64,000 nt of DNA from an uncultured delta proteobacterium (lineage in GTDB: Bacteria > Desulfobacterota > Desulfuromonadia > Geobacterales > DSM-12255). Where the stretch lies: positions 128,001-192,000 of the forward strand of contig CAWBBV010000023.1 in the NCBI GenBank assembly GCA_963787125.1, read 5' to 3'. Position 1 is the first letter of the stretch. Each line of letters opens with the position of its first letter. The position numbers were made by a program, and so were the translations under genes. Below the pieces are notes generated by a model, which had not been told where the DNA came from, made no database searches, and saw only the letters and a list, made by a program, of their open reading frames with translations. Below are positions 17,704 through 26,712 of this stretch, in pieces.

Positions 17704-19941
17704 TCAATACTGTCCTGACCTGACCGGCCACAAATACTGGCTGCGGTACTCATTGCCGTAGTCCACATTACCATCTATCATATCCACGTACCAGACGTAG
17801 TCATAGTCATTGAAGTGATTCATGTAGGTAGTAGCGGACCAGTACCTCCTCGCTTGAACCAGAGAAAAACCATTAGAGTTGAAATGTTCTGCCGGACGAG
17901 AACCGCCTTGTTTAGCAAATGCTGCCAATTCATCTTTGGTTGGCAGGCGCCAGTCACTGTAATCGCCATAGGTAAGCTTGGCCGTCCAGTCCATTGCCCT
18001 CTGCCAGGTCATCTCTTTGCCGGCAAGATTACCGTTGCGCACCCACTGCAGGCCGGTAGATTGATCGGTGTAAATTAACCGGTCCCTTTCTTTTGCAACC
18101 AGCCCAACATTGATTTTCCTCTCCGCCGCTGTCATAAACTCGCCGTTTTCCAACGTCAGCATACTTTTGTCAGCATCACTCAATAAAGCCACCTGCACCG
18201 CTTCACCACTGCCGGTCTTCACCACTACAGCTGGACGAATCGCCCCGGCCTGGTACTGCTGCTTGAAGCTTTTCGCCTTGTCTTTGGGAAGCGGAACCGT
18301 GCCGTTTATGGCCAGTTTGACCAGTACACTCTTACTCTTCAGGGTGACCGGGAAACTCAGCTTGTCGGCGTCATACTGCCCCAGCTCCAGTGAGATGGTT
18401 TCAGCGCCTAATTTAAATTCTTTCTCCGATAACTTCCTGATAGCCTCTTTCAGCGGCGCTGTTTCCGCTGCCGCTGCATTTTGCGGGGTGAGCGCCGCCA
18501 GTTCGGCTTTCTGCTGGCTGCTCAGCTGCGTTTCTTCTTTACTAATTCGCTCCTTGAATTCCCTACTGCTTTCAAATTCATCTTTTGTCTGCTTTGCCAG
18601 CGCTGCCAGTTTGCCGGCATAGCGGCTTTCGATCTTCAGGCGGCTGTCAGCCAGCTCCTTTTCAAAAGTGCCTTCAATCTCGGCAATCCGGGCGTTAAGC
18701 CGCTTGATCTCCGCCACGGCCGCTTCAAGGGTGTCAGTCTTGGCACTGCTCTGCACCTGCTGGCGCCTCTTGGCAACATCATCTTTCAATTTGGCAAGCT
18801 TCTGCTCGTCTTCGCCTTTCAAACGCGCCAGCTTATGACGGTCTTGCTCATCTTCTAGCCGCTTCTGCGCTTCCAGCGCCAGTTGCTGATCCCTCAGTTG
18901 AGCGGCTTTCAGCTTGGCTTCGCCGCTTTTTCTGGCCAGAGCCGCCTCCTGAAGTTTGCTGGCATCATTAGCCTTGATGGCAGCGGCTTCACTGGCTTCC
19001 AGTTCACTCTGTTCCTTCTCCAGCTTTGCTATGTCGGCTTTGGTGTCGGCTGCCTGCTGTTGTATATTGGGAATAAAAACAAAATCACCGCTGCCGTAGA
19101 GAGTGCCGTAGCCGGGGGTCTGTTCGTGACCTCTGGCACGGGCGTCCTGATAAACCCGCTCTTTGAGGATCGCCTGGATTTCATTGGCAGTGATGTAGTC
19201 GCCAGCGGCTTCCAGCGCTTCAATCAGCCTGCCGGTAAAGACGGAATGGCCCCGAGGGCCGCCGTCAAGGGCTTCCTGGCCCTTGCTGCCGGCGGTCAGT
19301 ACCTGGCGGACGCGCTCTTTAGTGATCTCTTTCAGGTAGGCCAGGTCGCGGTTAACTTTCTTGTCAACCGCCCGACTGGTCAAGAGGCCGGAATAGCAGG
19401 CATCAAAAGCGTAGAAGACATGCTTGGCGGGGATGGCTTTGGAAATGTCGTTTTTGAGCTGATCCATGGTGACATTGCCGTAGATACCGTCGGCATTGCC
19501 GTCATGGGGGATAAGGTAGCCGAGTTCCCCTTCGTCGGTCTTCTCCTGGTTGCCGTGCCCGGCCCAGAAGATGAACAGGGCGTCTTCTTTGCCGATAGTT
19601 TTTGGCAGTTCCTTGGTGAGGAGGCGCATGATCTGGTCGCGGCTGGCATCGCTATCAAAGAGGGTGTAGATCTTGTCAAAGCGGTAGTTGCGCTTGAGGG
19701 TTGCCTCTATCCCTTTGGCGTCACGCACGGCGTAGGCGAGTTGCCGGTCAGGAGGGAGGTTCTGGTAGCGGTCAATGCCGATAATAACGGCGTAACTTTT
19801 GTTGTAAAGCTTGACTTCACCTGTCTGGTTGGTAGCGCTCTCTCTGGCAACAACTGTCAGCCCGCGTGTTTCGGCGGCTTGCAGGGGGAGGGCGGAGAGG
19901 GAGAAAAGGAGTGTGACGATTGCACTAAAGAGTAGCCGCAT
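17704..19941 (-). CDS. Secreted caspase-like (peptidase C14) protein with coiled coil and C-terminal DUF1566/Lcl domain
   Basis: Signal peptide; AVIIGID, WAGHG and FDACYSG dyad, HSVFT; E/K/A-rich helix; DQSTGLQW...DWRLPT..EL...YWS...PVRSG. Confidence 0.85.
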   Translation of the reverse strand: MRLLFSAIVTLLFSLSALPLQAAETRGLTVVARESATNQTGEVKLYNKSYAVIIGIDRYQNLPPDRQLAYAVRDAKGIEATLKRNYRFDKIYTLFDSDASRDQIMRLLTKELPKTIGKEDALFIFWAGHGNQEKTDEGELGYLIPHDGNADGIYGNVTMDQLKNDISKAIPAKHVFYAFDACYSGLLTSRAVDKKVNRDLAYLKEITKERVRQVLTAGSKGQEALDGGPRGHSVFTGRLIEALEAAGDYITANEIQAILKERVYQDARARGHEQTPGYGTLYGSGDFVFIPNIQQQAADTKADIAKLEKEQSELEASEAAAIKANDASKLQEAALARKSGEAKLKAAQLRDQQLALEAQKRLEDEQDRHKLARLKGEDEQKLAKLKDDVAKRRQQVQSSAKTDTLEAAVAEIKRLNARIAEIEGTFEKELADSRLKIESRYAGKLAALAKQTKDEFESSREFKERISKEETQLSSQQKAELAALTPQNAAAAETAPLKEAIRKLSEKEFKLGAETISLELGQYDADKLSFPVTLKSKSVLVKLAINGTVPLPKDKAKSFKQQYQAGAIRPAVVVKTGSGEAVQVALLSDADKSMLTLENGEFMTAAERKINVGLVAKERDRLIYTDQSTGLQWVRNGNLAGKEMTWQRAMDWTAKLTYGDYSDWRLPTKDELAAFAKQGGSRPAEHFNSNGFSLVQARRYWSATTYMNHFNDYDYVWYVDMIDGNVDYGNEYRSQYLWPVRSGQY

Positions 19942-19976
19942 GAAAATCTCCGGGTTTAGAATTTTTCTAGCAGGGA

Positions 19977-20204
19977 TCAGGCAAAAACAGTAACTTCAAC
20001 CGGACGTTTTACCGCAAAACTGTGCCGGTGCATCTTGATTCTCTCAATTTCGTGGAGTGTTTCCGCCTTGATATAGGTCTCACCACACGCTGGGCACGAT
20101 TGAACCGGAATATCCTCAATGATTAGCAGATCCTTTTTCTTCCCGAAACTTCTGGTCACCTGTTTGGTATGCACTCCATCTTTTCCACAAAAATCGCAAA
20201 TCAT
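19977..20204 (-). CDS. YgiT/MqsA-type zinc-finger antitoxin
   Basis: ATG 20204 with GGAGG; CDFC...IEDIPVQSCPACGETY. Confidence 0.85.
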   Translation of the reverse strand: MICDFCGKDGVHTKQVTRSFGKKKDLLIIEDIPVQSCPACGETYIKAETLHEIERIKMHRHSFAVKRPVEVTVFA

Positions 20205-20220
20205 GGCCGCCCTCCATTTT

Positions 20221-20498
20221 TCATGATGCATAAACTGTAACCTGATTAGCGCCAATCTTCAGCTAAAGACATAATAAAGTCCCCTCTCCCTGAGGGAGAG
20301 GGTTAGGGTGAGGGGGAACCGACTGAATATATTAAGATTTTACTCCCCCTCATCCGGCCTTCGGCCACCTTCTCCCTCAGGGAGAAGGGACTAGCAGAAA
20401 ATGATGGATAATCAGGAACAGTGATAATAACCATCTTGCTGGTAACACTTATCCAGTCTGACGGCTTCTTTGAATTGCTTTAAGATGCGAGAATACAT
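20221..20498 (-). pseudogene. DUF4258 toxin remnant (internal deletion plus repeat-element insertion)
   Basis: AGGAG RBS then MYSRILKQFKEAVRL, joined out of frame to ISVTSKMVIITV; after a 178-bp insert TVYAS-stop, directly upstream of the YgiT gene. Confidence 0.65.
20239..20416. mobile_element. Gene-less hairpin (REPIN/MITE-like) element made of repeats B2 (20278-20318) and A3 (20345-20394)
   Basis: Inner 22-bp inverted repeat (21/22 match), outer CCTGATTA/TAATCAGG inverted repeat, flanked by AACTGT and AACAGT. Confidence 0.7.
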
Positions 20499-20512
20499 GC
20501 AAGTCTCCTGAC

Positions 20513-22543
20513 CTACGAGTTCGATTCCGAGTGGGCAATGGAATATTTCATTCGCCGGTACGTCCCCAGCGCCGAAAGCGGAAAACAGTTCCGGTAGATG
20601 TGATACCTGATCATGAAGTATTTCGGGAAACCGGTGCCGGTAAACTGCTCTTCATCCCAGGTGCCGTCAAATTTCTGGGTTGTCAGGAGATAATCGATCC
20701 CGCGCCTCACAGCAGGCGATTCAACTTCATTGACCGCCATGAGCGCCAGCAGCGCCCAGCCGGTCTGGGACGGAGTGCTGACGCCTATCCCGGCCAGAGA
20801 TGGATTATGGTAGGATTCACAGCTCTCGCCCCAGCCACCGTCCAGATTCTGCTTCGACTTGAGCCAGTTGACAGCGTGCTGGATATAGGGCTGCGACAGA
20901 TCCTCTCCGATGGAAGCCAAGCCGCACAGCACAGACCAGGTGCCGTAGAGATAGTTGACCCCCCAGCGTCCCCACCATGGGCCGCTTTTGTCCTGCTCTT
21001 TCTTGATGAAAGCGAGGCCACGGGCTGCGGCCGGGTGACTCTTTTCATAGCCGAAACTCCCCATCAGTTCCAGCATCCGTCCGGTCAGGTCGGCTGTCGG
21101 CGGGTCTATGAGCGCTTCGAGATCGGCAAAGGGAATTTTGTTTAAGAGATGCTTGGTGTTGTCCCGGTCAAATGCCCCCCAGCCGCCGTTTTTGCTCTGC
21201 ATGCCGAGGCACCAGGCAAGTCCGCGCTTGATCGCCGCATCACGGGTTTTCGGGGTTTTCACGGCAATATTTTTTATCGCCATCATGACAAAAGCGGAAT
21301 CATCTACATCCGGATACCAGTCGTTCTGGAATTCAAAGGCCCAGCCACCGGGAGAGAGTTCAGCCGCCTTGATCTTCCAGTCGCCGTTTTTCGTGACTTC
21401 CCGCTCCAGAAGCCACTCCGCACCTTTTGACAAAGCTCTGTGCGTGGGCGGCAGACCGGAGTCCGAGAGCGCTTTCAGTGCCAGCGCCGTATCCCAGACT
21501 GGTGAAACACACGACTGGAGCAGCAGGGTGTCGTCAGTCTCGATGGTGAAGTTATTTAATGCTTCCAGCCCTTTGACGATTGCCGGGTGTTCGTTGGCAT
21601 AGCCGAGACAGTGCAGCGCCAGAATCGAATTGAGCATTGCCGGCTGGATGCCTCCCCAGTCGCCTGACTGCTCCTGATGCTCAAGTATCCAGCGCTCGGC
21701 AGCGGCAACTCCCCGTTGTCTCAAGGGCCGGACAGGGCTTTTTTCGTAAACTTTGAGAAAGTGATCGACGCCAATAAAGAAATTCTTCCAGGTTAAAAGG
21801 CCGTCTTCCTTGGTAAAGGTGTAATCGGTAGGTCTGGGCGGGCGGACATAAAGTTCGCTGACCGTACCATTGCCGGGAAAAGGTTTAACCGGCCTCGCAT
21901 CCATGACGACTGACAGCGGGATGATTGTGGCGCGTGACCAGCTGGACAGCTCGTACATGTTGAAGTATGCCCAGTCCGGGAGGAGCATCAGCTCTATCGG
22001 CATGGACGGGACACCGAACCAGGCGAACTGACCAAAGAGTGCCAGGAATATCTTGGTAAAGACCCGGCATTTTATGATGCCGCCCTTTGCCAGAATAAAG
22101 GCGCGTGCCTTTGTCATGGCCGGATTGTCCGCCGACAGCCCGGCAAGCTTCAGGGCGAAGTAAGCTTCCACTGTTGTCGAGAGATCACCCGGGCCGCCGA
22201 AGTAAATGCACCAAAAGCCATCTTTTGTCTGCTTGGAAAGGAGGTATGTGGCCAGCTTTTGCTCTCTGTCCTTGTCGACCATGCCGAGCAGGTGAAACAG
22301 CAGCAGGTATTCGGCTGTTATGGTGACATTGGATTCAAGCTCTGCCCACCAGTAGCCCTGTGGCAGTTGCTGGCGCAAAAAGAACTCCTGACTCTTTTTG
22401 ACAGCAAGGTCGAGCGGTGAGGCAGGTTCATCCTTCATCTTGCTACTGGGGTGAAGGTAGTGAATCTTCTCACTTTGCCTGGTCGGTGGCGCTAACTCCG
22501 GAAAAGAGGTCAGTCCGGATGAAATGGATTTTATGGATGACAT
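20513..22543 (-). CDS. shc: Squalene--hopene cyclase
   Basis: GGWAFEF..YPDVDDSA catalytic motif, QW repeats, FTGTGFP. Confidence 0.95.
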   Translation of the reverse strand: MSSIKSISSGLTSFPELAPPTRQSEKIHYLHPSSKMKDEPASPLDLAVKKSQEFFLRQQLPQGYWWAELESNVTITAEYLLLFHLLGMVDKDREQKLATYLLSKQTKDGFWCIYFGGPGDLSTTVEAYFALKLAGLSADNPAMTKARAFILAKGGIIKCRVFTKIFLALFGQFAWFGVPSMPIELMLLPDWAYFNMYELSSWSRATIIPLSVVMDARPVKPFPGNGTVSELYVRPPRPTDYTFTKEDGLLTWKNFFIGVDHFLKVYEKSPVRPLRQRGVAAAERWILEHQEQSGDWGGIQPAMLNSILALHCLGYANEHPAIVKGLEALNNFTIETDDTLLLQSCVSPVWDTALALKALSDSGLPPTHRALSKGAEWLLEREVTKNGDWKIKAAELSPGGWAFEFQNDWYPDVDDSAFVMMAIKNIAVKTPKTRDAAIKRGLAWCLGMQSKNGGWGAFDRDNTKHLLNKIPFADLEALIDPPTADLTGRMLELMGSFGYEKSHPAAARGLAFIKKEQDKSGPWWGRWGVNYLYGTWSVLCGLASIGEDLSQPYIQHAVNWLKSKQNLDGGWGESCESYHNPSLAGIGVSTPSQTGWALLALMAVNEVESPAVRRGIDYLLTTQKFDGTWDEEQFTGTGFPKYFMIRYHIYRNCFPLSALGTYRRMKYSIAHSESNS

Positions 22544-22609
22544 AACTTGAATCTATTAGCATAATTGGCTGAAAAGAGATAGGGATTTGAAACTGTTAAA
22601 GGAGTAGCG

Positions 22610-23194
22610 ATGAACCTTTCGGGATTGTCCGGCGCTGTGCCGCTGGCGCACAGTTTTCTGCGGGAGCGGCTCAAGCCGGGTGACAAGGCTGTTGATGCGA
22701 CCTGTGGCAACGGTCAGGATACGCTGCTTTTGGCTGAAATTGTTGGCAGTCAGGGTAAAGTCTGGGCTTTTGATATTCAGGGTAGTGCCCTTGCCAATAG
22801 CAGAGCCAGGCTTGCAGCTGCAGATCTTGACAGCAGTGTGACGTTTGTTCATGCCGGTCATGAGCGGCTGGCAGAGTTTGTCAGTGAAGAGGTAAAGGCA
22901 ATAGTTTTTAATCTCGGTTATCTACCGACGGGCGACCGGGAAATCAAGACAACTGCCGCAACAACCGTGGCGGCGCTGGAACAGTCAACCGGGCTGCTGC
23001 TCCCGGCAGGACTGATCGTCATTGCGATTTATACCGGTCATGGCGGCGGCGGGGAGGAGTGGCTGGCTGTGAAAGAGTGGGCCGAAAGGCTCCATCCCCA
23101 TAAATTCAATGTCTGGCAGTCAAGGCAGTTGAACCGGAGTGATAAGGCGCCATTTCTGGTGGTAGTGGAAAAAATGCTGCTCAGCCAAACTTGA
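22610..23194 (+). CDS. YtqB/MnmM-like class I SAM methyltransferase
   Basis: VDATCGNGQDT, AFDIQ, FNLGYLP, IYTGH. Confidence 0.85.
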   Translation: MNLSGLSGAVPLAHSFLRERLKPGDKAVDATCGNGQDTLLLAEIVGSQGKVWAFDIQGSALANSRARLAAADLDSSVTFVHAGHERLAEFVSEEVKAIVFNLGYLPTGDREIKTTAATTVAALEQSTGLLLPAGLIVIAIYTGHGGGGEEWLAVKEWAERLHPHKFNVWQSRQLNRSDKAPFLVVVEKMLLSQT

Positions 23195-24053
23195 TCAGAA
23201 ACGCCCCGACAAGAATGAGGGCGGCTGAGGCAAGGCGTATCCTGCCGTAGGACTCTTTCAGAAAGATCATGCCGAGCAGCACCCCGAAGAGGATGCTTAC
23301 CTGCCTGACCGGTACGGCATAACTGACCGGCGCCATTTTCAGCCCGTAGCGAAAGGCGATGAAGGAGGCCATCAGTACCGGGCCGCTGATCAGAATCAGC
23401 CGCCAGTTGGTGTGCCATTCGGCTCTGACCTTGTTTTTGTAGCGGCTGCGGAGCAGGTTCAGCGACATCAGGACAAACATCACCAGCACCATCATCCAGG
23501 TGAAGTAGAGCGGCGAATACTGCTGCACTCCGGCTTTGTCGAACATGACGCCGAACGAATAGACAAAACCGGCGGCCAGCGCGAATCTGACCGTCGGTTC
23601 ACCCAGATTGCGAAACGGCCGCATAAGTTCATCAAGGCTGAATTTATGCAGCTGCACCGAATAAGCCCCCAGAAGGACCAGCGCAATGCCGCTTCCCCCC
23701 AGGATAGAGAAACTTTCACCCATGATGATCATCCCCCAGAGCGGGACGTACAGCATCGAAGTCTGACACAAAGGGTAGGTAAGGGAGATGTCGCCGGAGC
23801 TGTATGATCTGCCGGTCAGGAGGTGGTAGAGTGTGAAGCAGCTGCCGCCGCCAAGCGCCATCAGCATGACCCTGCAGTCAGGGATTGGCAGCGGCTGCCG
23901 GATCAGGAGCAGCAGCAGGGTGAACATCAGGCCGGAGCTGACGAACATCCACCAGATAAAGACAGTCTTCTGGCTGCTCTTCTTGACGAGAAGATTCCAG
24001 ATGGCGTGCATGATCGAGGAGAAAATGATAAGGGTGAAAGCGAGGTTGCTCAT
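23181..24053 (-). CDS. EamA/DMT family transporter
   Basis: About 10 hydrophobic segments; HAIWNLLVK, GDISLTYP, RQVSILFG. Confidence 0.85.
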   Translation of the reverse strand: MSNLAFTLIIFSSIMHAIWNLLVKKSSQKTVFIWWMFVSSGLMFTLLLLLIRQPLPIPDCRVMLMALGGGSCFTLYHLLTGRSYSSGDISLTYPLCQTSMLYVPLWGMIIMGESFSILGGSGIALVLLGAYSVQLHKFSLDELMRPFRNLGEPTVRFALAAGFVYSFGVMFDKAGVQQYSPLYFTWMMVLVMFVLMSLNLLRSRYKNKVRAEWHTNWRLILISGPVLMASFIAFRYGLKMAPVSYAVPVRQVSILFGVLLGMIFLKESYGRIRLASAALILVGAFLIKFG

Positions 24054-24179
24054 GGAGTAAAGTATAACCAAGCGGTAAAATTTTAGCGAGAATAAAAAAC
24101 TGCTTCCACTTGGTTCAGGACGTGATTAATGCTATGGTGATGATTATCATTAATGCCATGAAACACTGGAACAGCACTC

Positions 24180-25166
24180 ATGCCCGAAACAGCCCACCCT
24201 TTTCAGACCTTGACCCCCAGCTTTATCATGGATGCTGTCGAAAGCCAGGGATTTACCTGCGATTGCCGCACCTTTGCCCTCAACAGCTACGAAAACAGAG
24301 TCTATCAGGTCGGTATTGACGATGGACTGCCGCTGATAGTGAAGTTCTACCGTCCCAGCCGCTGGAGTGATGAGCAGATACTTGAGGAGCACCGCTTCTG
24401 TTTCGAGCTGCAGGATAATGAGCTGCCGGTGGTGGCTCCACTGGTTAATAGTGCCGGAGAGAGCCTTCTCCACTACGGTATTTTCAGTTTTGCCATTTAT
24501 CCGCGTCAGGGGGGGCATGCTCCGGAGTTTGACAATCTGGACAATCTGCTGATCCTTGGCCGGATGCTGGGCCGGATTCATGCTCTCGGCGCTGTTCGGC
24601 CATTTTCCCACCGTCCGACACTTGATGCGCAGAATTTCGGCTACGCCAGCGTCGCCCTGATCAAGGAGCGCTTTATCCCGGCAGAGTACAAGGAGAGCTA
24701 CACCGCTCTCACCGACCAGCTGCTGACCGCCATCGATACCATCCTGGCCGGTGCCGGGCCGATCCGTTACCTCCGCGCTCATGGCGACTGTCACGCCGGC
24801 AACATCCTCTGGCGGGACGGTGCGCCTCACTTCGTCGATTTCGACGACGCCCGCATGGCCCCGGCAGTGCAGGATCTCTGGATGATGCTCTCCGGCGAAA
24901 GGCCGCGCCAGACTGCCCAGCTTGCCGAACTGATCGAAGGATATAACGAGTTTTTTGATTTCAACCCCCGCGAGCTCCAGCTGGTCGGCGCTCTGCGCGC
25001 TTTGCGGATGCTGCACTACAGCGCCTGGCTGGCCCGCCGTTGGGAAGACCCGATCTTCCCGCGTACCTTCCCCTGGTTCAACACCGTCCGTTACTGGGGC
25101 GAGCAGATTCTGGAGCTGCGCGAGCAGCTGGCAGCGTTGAGCGAACCGCCGCTGGAGCTGCCGTAA
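24180..25166 (+). CDS. srkA: Stress-response Ser/Thr kinase SrkA/RdoA (YihE)
   Basis: LNSYENRVYQ, KFYRPSRWS, HGDCHAGNILW, DFDD, QDLWM. Confidence 0.92.
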   Translation: MPETAHPFQTLTPSFIMDAVESQGFTCDCRTFALNSYENRVYQVGIDDGLPLIVKFYRPSRWSDEQILEEHRFCFELQDNELPVVAPLVNSAGESLLHYGIFSFAIYPRQGGHAPEFDNLDNLLILGRMLGRIHALGAVRPFSHRPTLDAQNFGYASVALIKERFIPAEYKESYTALTDQLLTAIDTILAGAGPIRYLRAHGDCHAGNILWRDGAPHFVDFDDARMAPAVQDLWMMLSGERPRQTAQLAELIEGYNEFFDFNPRELQLVGALRALRMLHYSAWLARRWEDPIFPRTFPWFNTVRYWGEQILELREQLAALSEPPLELP

Positions 25167-25199
25167 ACCTCGCACCGGCAGCTGGGGGCAACACCCGTT

Positions 25200-25442
25200 T
25201 CAGGACGATTTCCCTTCGTCTGCATTCCCCAATTCAAACAGATACAACTCCTCAACCTTCTTCCGCGCCCAGGGGGTGCGGCGGAGGAATTTGAGACTGG
25301 ACTGCATGTCCGGGTTGGTGGTGAAGCATTTGATATCAATGGCCATCCCCATCCGTTCCCAGCCGTAATGCTCCACCAGCCTGGTGAGGATATTAACCAG
25401 CGTCAGGCCATGGAGCGGATCGCTGCTTTTCTTTTCGGTCAT
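25200..25442 (-). CDS. VF530/DUF2132 family DNA-binding protein
   Basis: PLHGLTL..IL..LVEHYGW...SSLKFLRRTPWARKKVEELY. Confidence 0.9.
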   Translation of the reverse strand: MTEKKSSDPLHGLTLVNILTRLVEHYGWERMGMAIDIKCFTTNPDMQSSLKFLRRTPWARKKVEELYLFELGNADEGKSS

Positions 25443-25987
25443 TTCCCCATCCTTTTATAGTCGGCGATTTCAATACTGCTTTCCGGATAAAGCGGCCCGG
25501 CCAGCTCCAGCTGGGTCAGGTAGACGCGGGCATCAAACTCCAGCTGATGGTAAGCCGGCTCCATATGTTCACAGAGTCGGTAAAAGGCTTTGTCATGCTC
25601 CCGCTCTTTGAGGTGAGCCAGTTCGTGGACGACAATCATTTTTAGGAACTGCAGTGGTGCTTGGCGGAAAACCGCGCCGATTTTGATTTCATTCTTGGCC
25701 TTGAGTTTGCCCCCCTGCACTCTGGAGATAAAAGTATGCAGGCCGAGGGCGTTATTGAGGATATTGATCTTGCCGTCATAGGCAACCTTGCTTAAGGGCT
25801 GGGTATTACGGAGAAATTCGTTCTTGATCGCCACCGTATAATCGTAAAGCGCCCGGTCGGTCTTGATGTCATGAGTTACCGGATATTTGCCCAGAAGAAA
25901 GTCGGCCAGCCTGTTTTCAGTGGCCATTTGCCTTACCTGACCGGTCAGTTGGTCAGAATAGCCTGCCAGATATTTCATTTCGTGCAT
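25439..25987 (-). CDS. YgjP/DUF45 M48-like metal-dependent hydrolase
   Basis: KYLAGY, IVVHELAHLKEREHDKAFY. Confidence 0.88.
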   Translation of the reverse strand: MHEMKYLAGYSDQLTGQVRQMATENRLADFLLGKYPVTHDIKTDRALYDYTVAIKNEFLRNTQPLSKVAYDGKINILNNALGLHTFISRVQGGKLKAKNEIKIGAVFRQAPLQFLKMIVVHELAHLKEREHDKAFYRLCEHMEPAYHQLEFDARVYLTQLELAGPLYPESSIEIADYKRMGK

Positions 25988-26149
25988 GGTACATCCTCTG
26001 CTGATTTTACCTGCTTGCTGATGGCGTCTGCCTGGTAATTAATAGCATATTTTACTAACTGATGCACGCAGTGAGACGGGCAGGTGTGTAACTAAACGCA
26101 CACCATTTAGCCTATTCCTTTATTTAAACCACCAATGGCTATAACTCAC

Positions 26150-26180
26150 AGATTATTATTTGCATTGCATAAAATAATCT
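26150..26180. promoter_or_regulatory. Palindromic putative operator upstream of mobile mystery protein A
   Basis: AGATTATTATTTGCATTGCATAAAATAATCT is a near-perfect dyad. Confidence 0.5.
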
Positions 26181-26226
26181 ACATGTTATTATAATCACAT
26201 AGTAAAATAATTCATAGGTTATTTAT

Positions 26227-26712
26227 ATGCGCTCAAAATATAATCTCATAGCCCGTCAACAGCTCGACAGCACACTATCTGGCTATGCCACCTTGAAACA
26301 GAACTCACTTCCGGTTAAAGGCTGGATACGCGCCATCCGTGAAGCGCTCGGCATGTCTGGCAAGCAGCTGGCAAACCGCCTGAACGTCAGCCAGCCGCGT
26401 ATCCCAAGGCTGGAGCAGGATGAGCTGTCAGGAGTCGTCTCGCTGAAAACCATGCGCCAGGCTGCTGAAGCGATGGACTGCGTATTTGTCTACGCCATTG
26501 TTCCCCGCTCAACGCTGGAGGAAACCGTCAGGACACAGGCTCGCAAGGTTGCCGAATCCAGAATGCAGAGGGTGTCACACACCATGATGCTGGAAGCGCA
26601 AAATCTGTCAAACGAGGCACAACGGGCATCTATTGAAGCTGCTGTTGATGAGCTGGTGACAGAGATTCCGAAAGATCTTTGGGAACGGACTCCATATCTT
26701 CGACTATTCTGA
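26227..26712 (+). CDS. Mobile mystery protein A (XRE-HTH)
   Basis: GWIRAIREALGMS..QLA.RL, FVYAIVP, HTMMLEAQ, PKDLW. Confidence 0.9.
   Translation: MRSKYNLIARQQLDSTLSGYATLKQNSLPVKGWIRAIREALGMSGKQLANRLNVSQPRIPRLEQDELSGVVSLKTMRQAAEAMDCVFVYAIVPRSTLEETVRTQARKVAESRMQRVSHTMMLEAQNLSNEAQRASIEAAVDELVTEIPKDLWERTPYLRLF

Noticed and set aside
18883..19935. 350-aa plus-strand ORF
   Set aside because: Antisense shadow of the caspase-like gene; no motifs
17118..20416. CRISPR array or integron attC cassettes
   Set aside because: The repeats are irregularly spaced and in both orientations; no cas or intI gene; no convincing RYYYAAC/GTTRRRY pairs
24150..25175. 341-aa minus-strand ORF
   Set aside because: Antisense shadow of srkA
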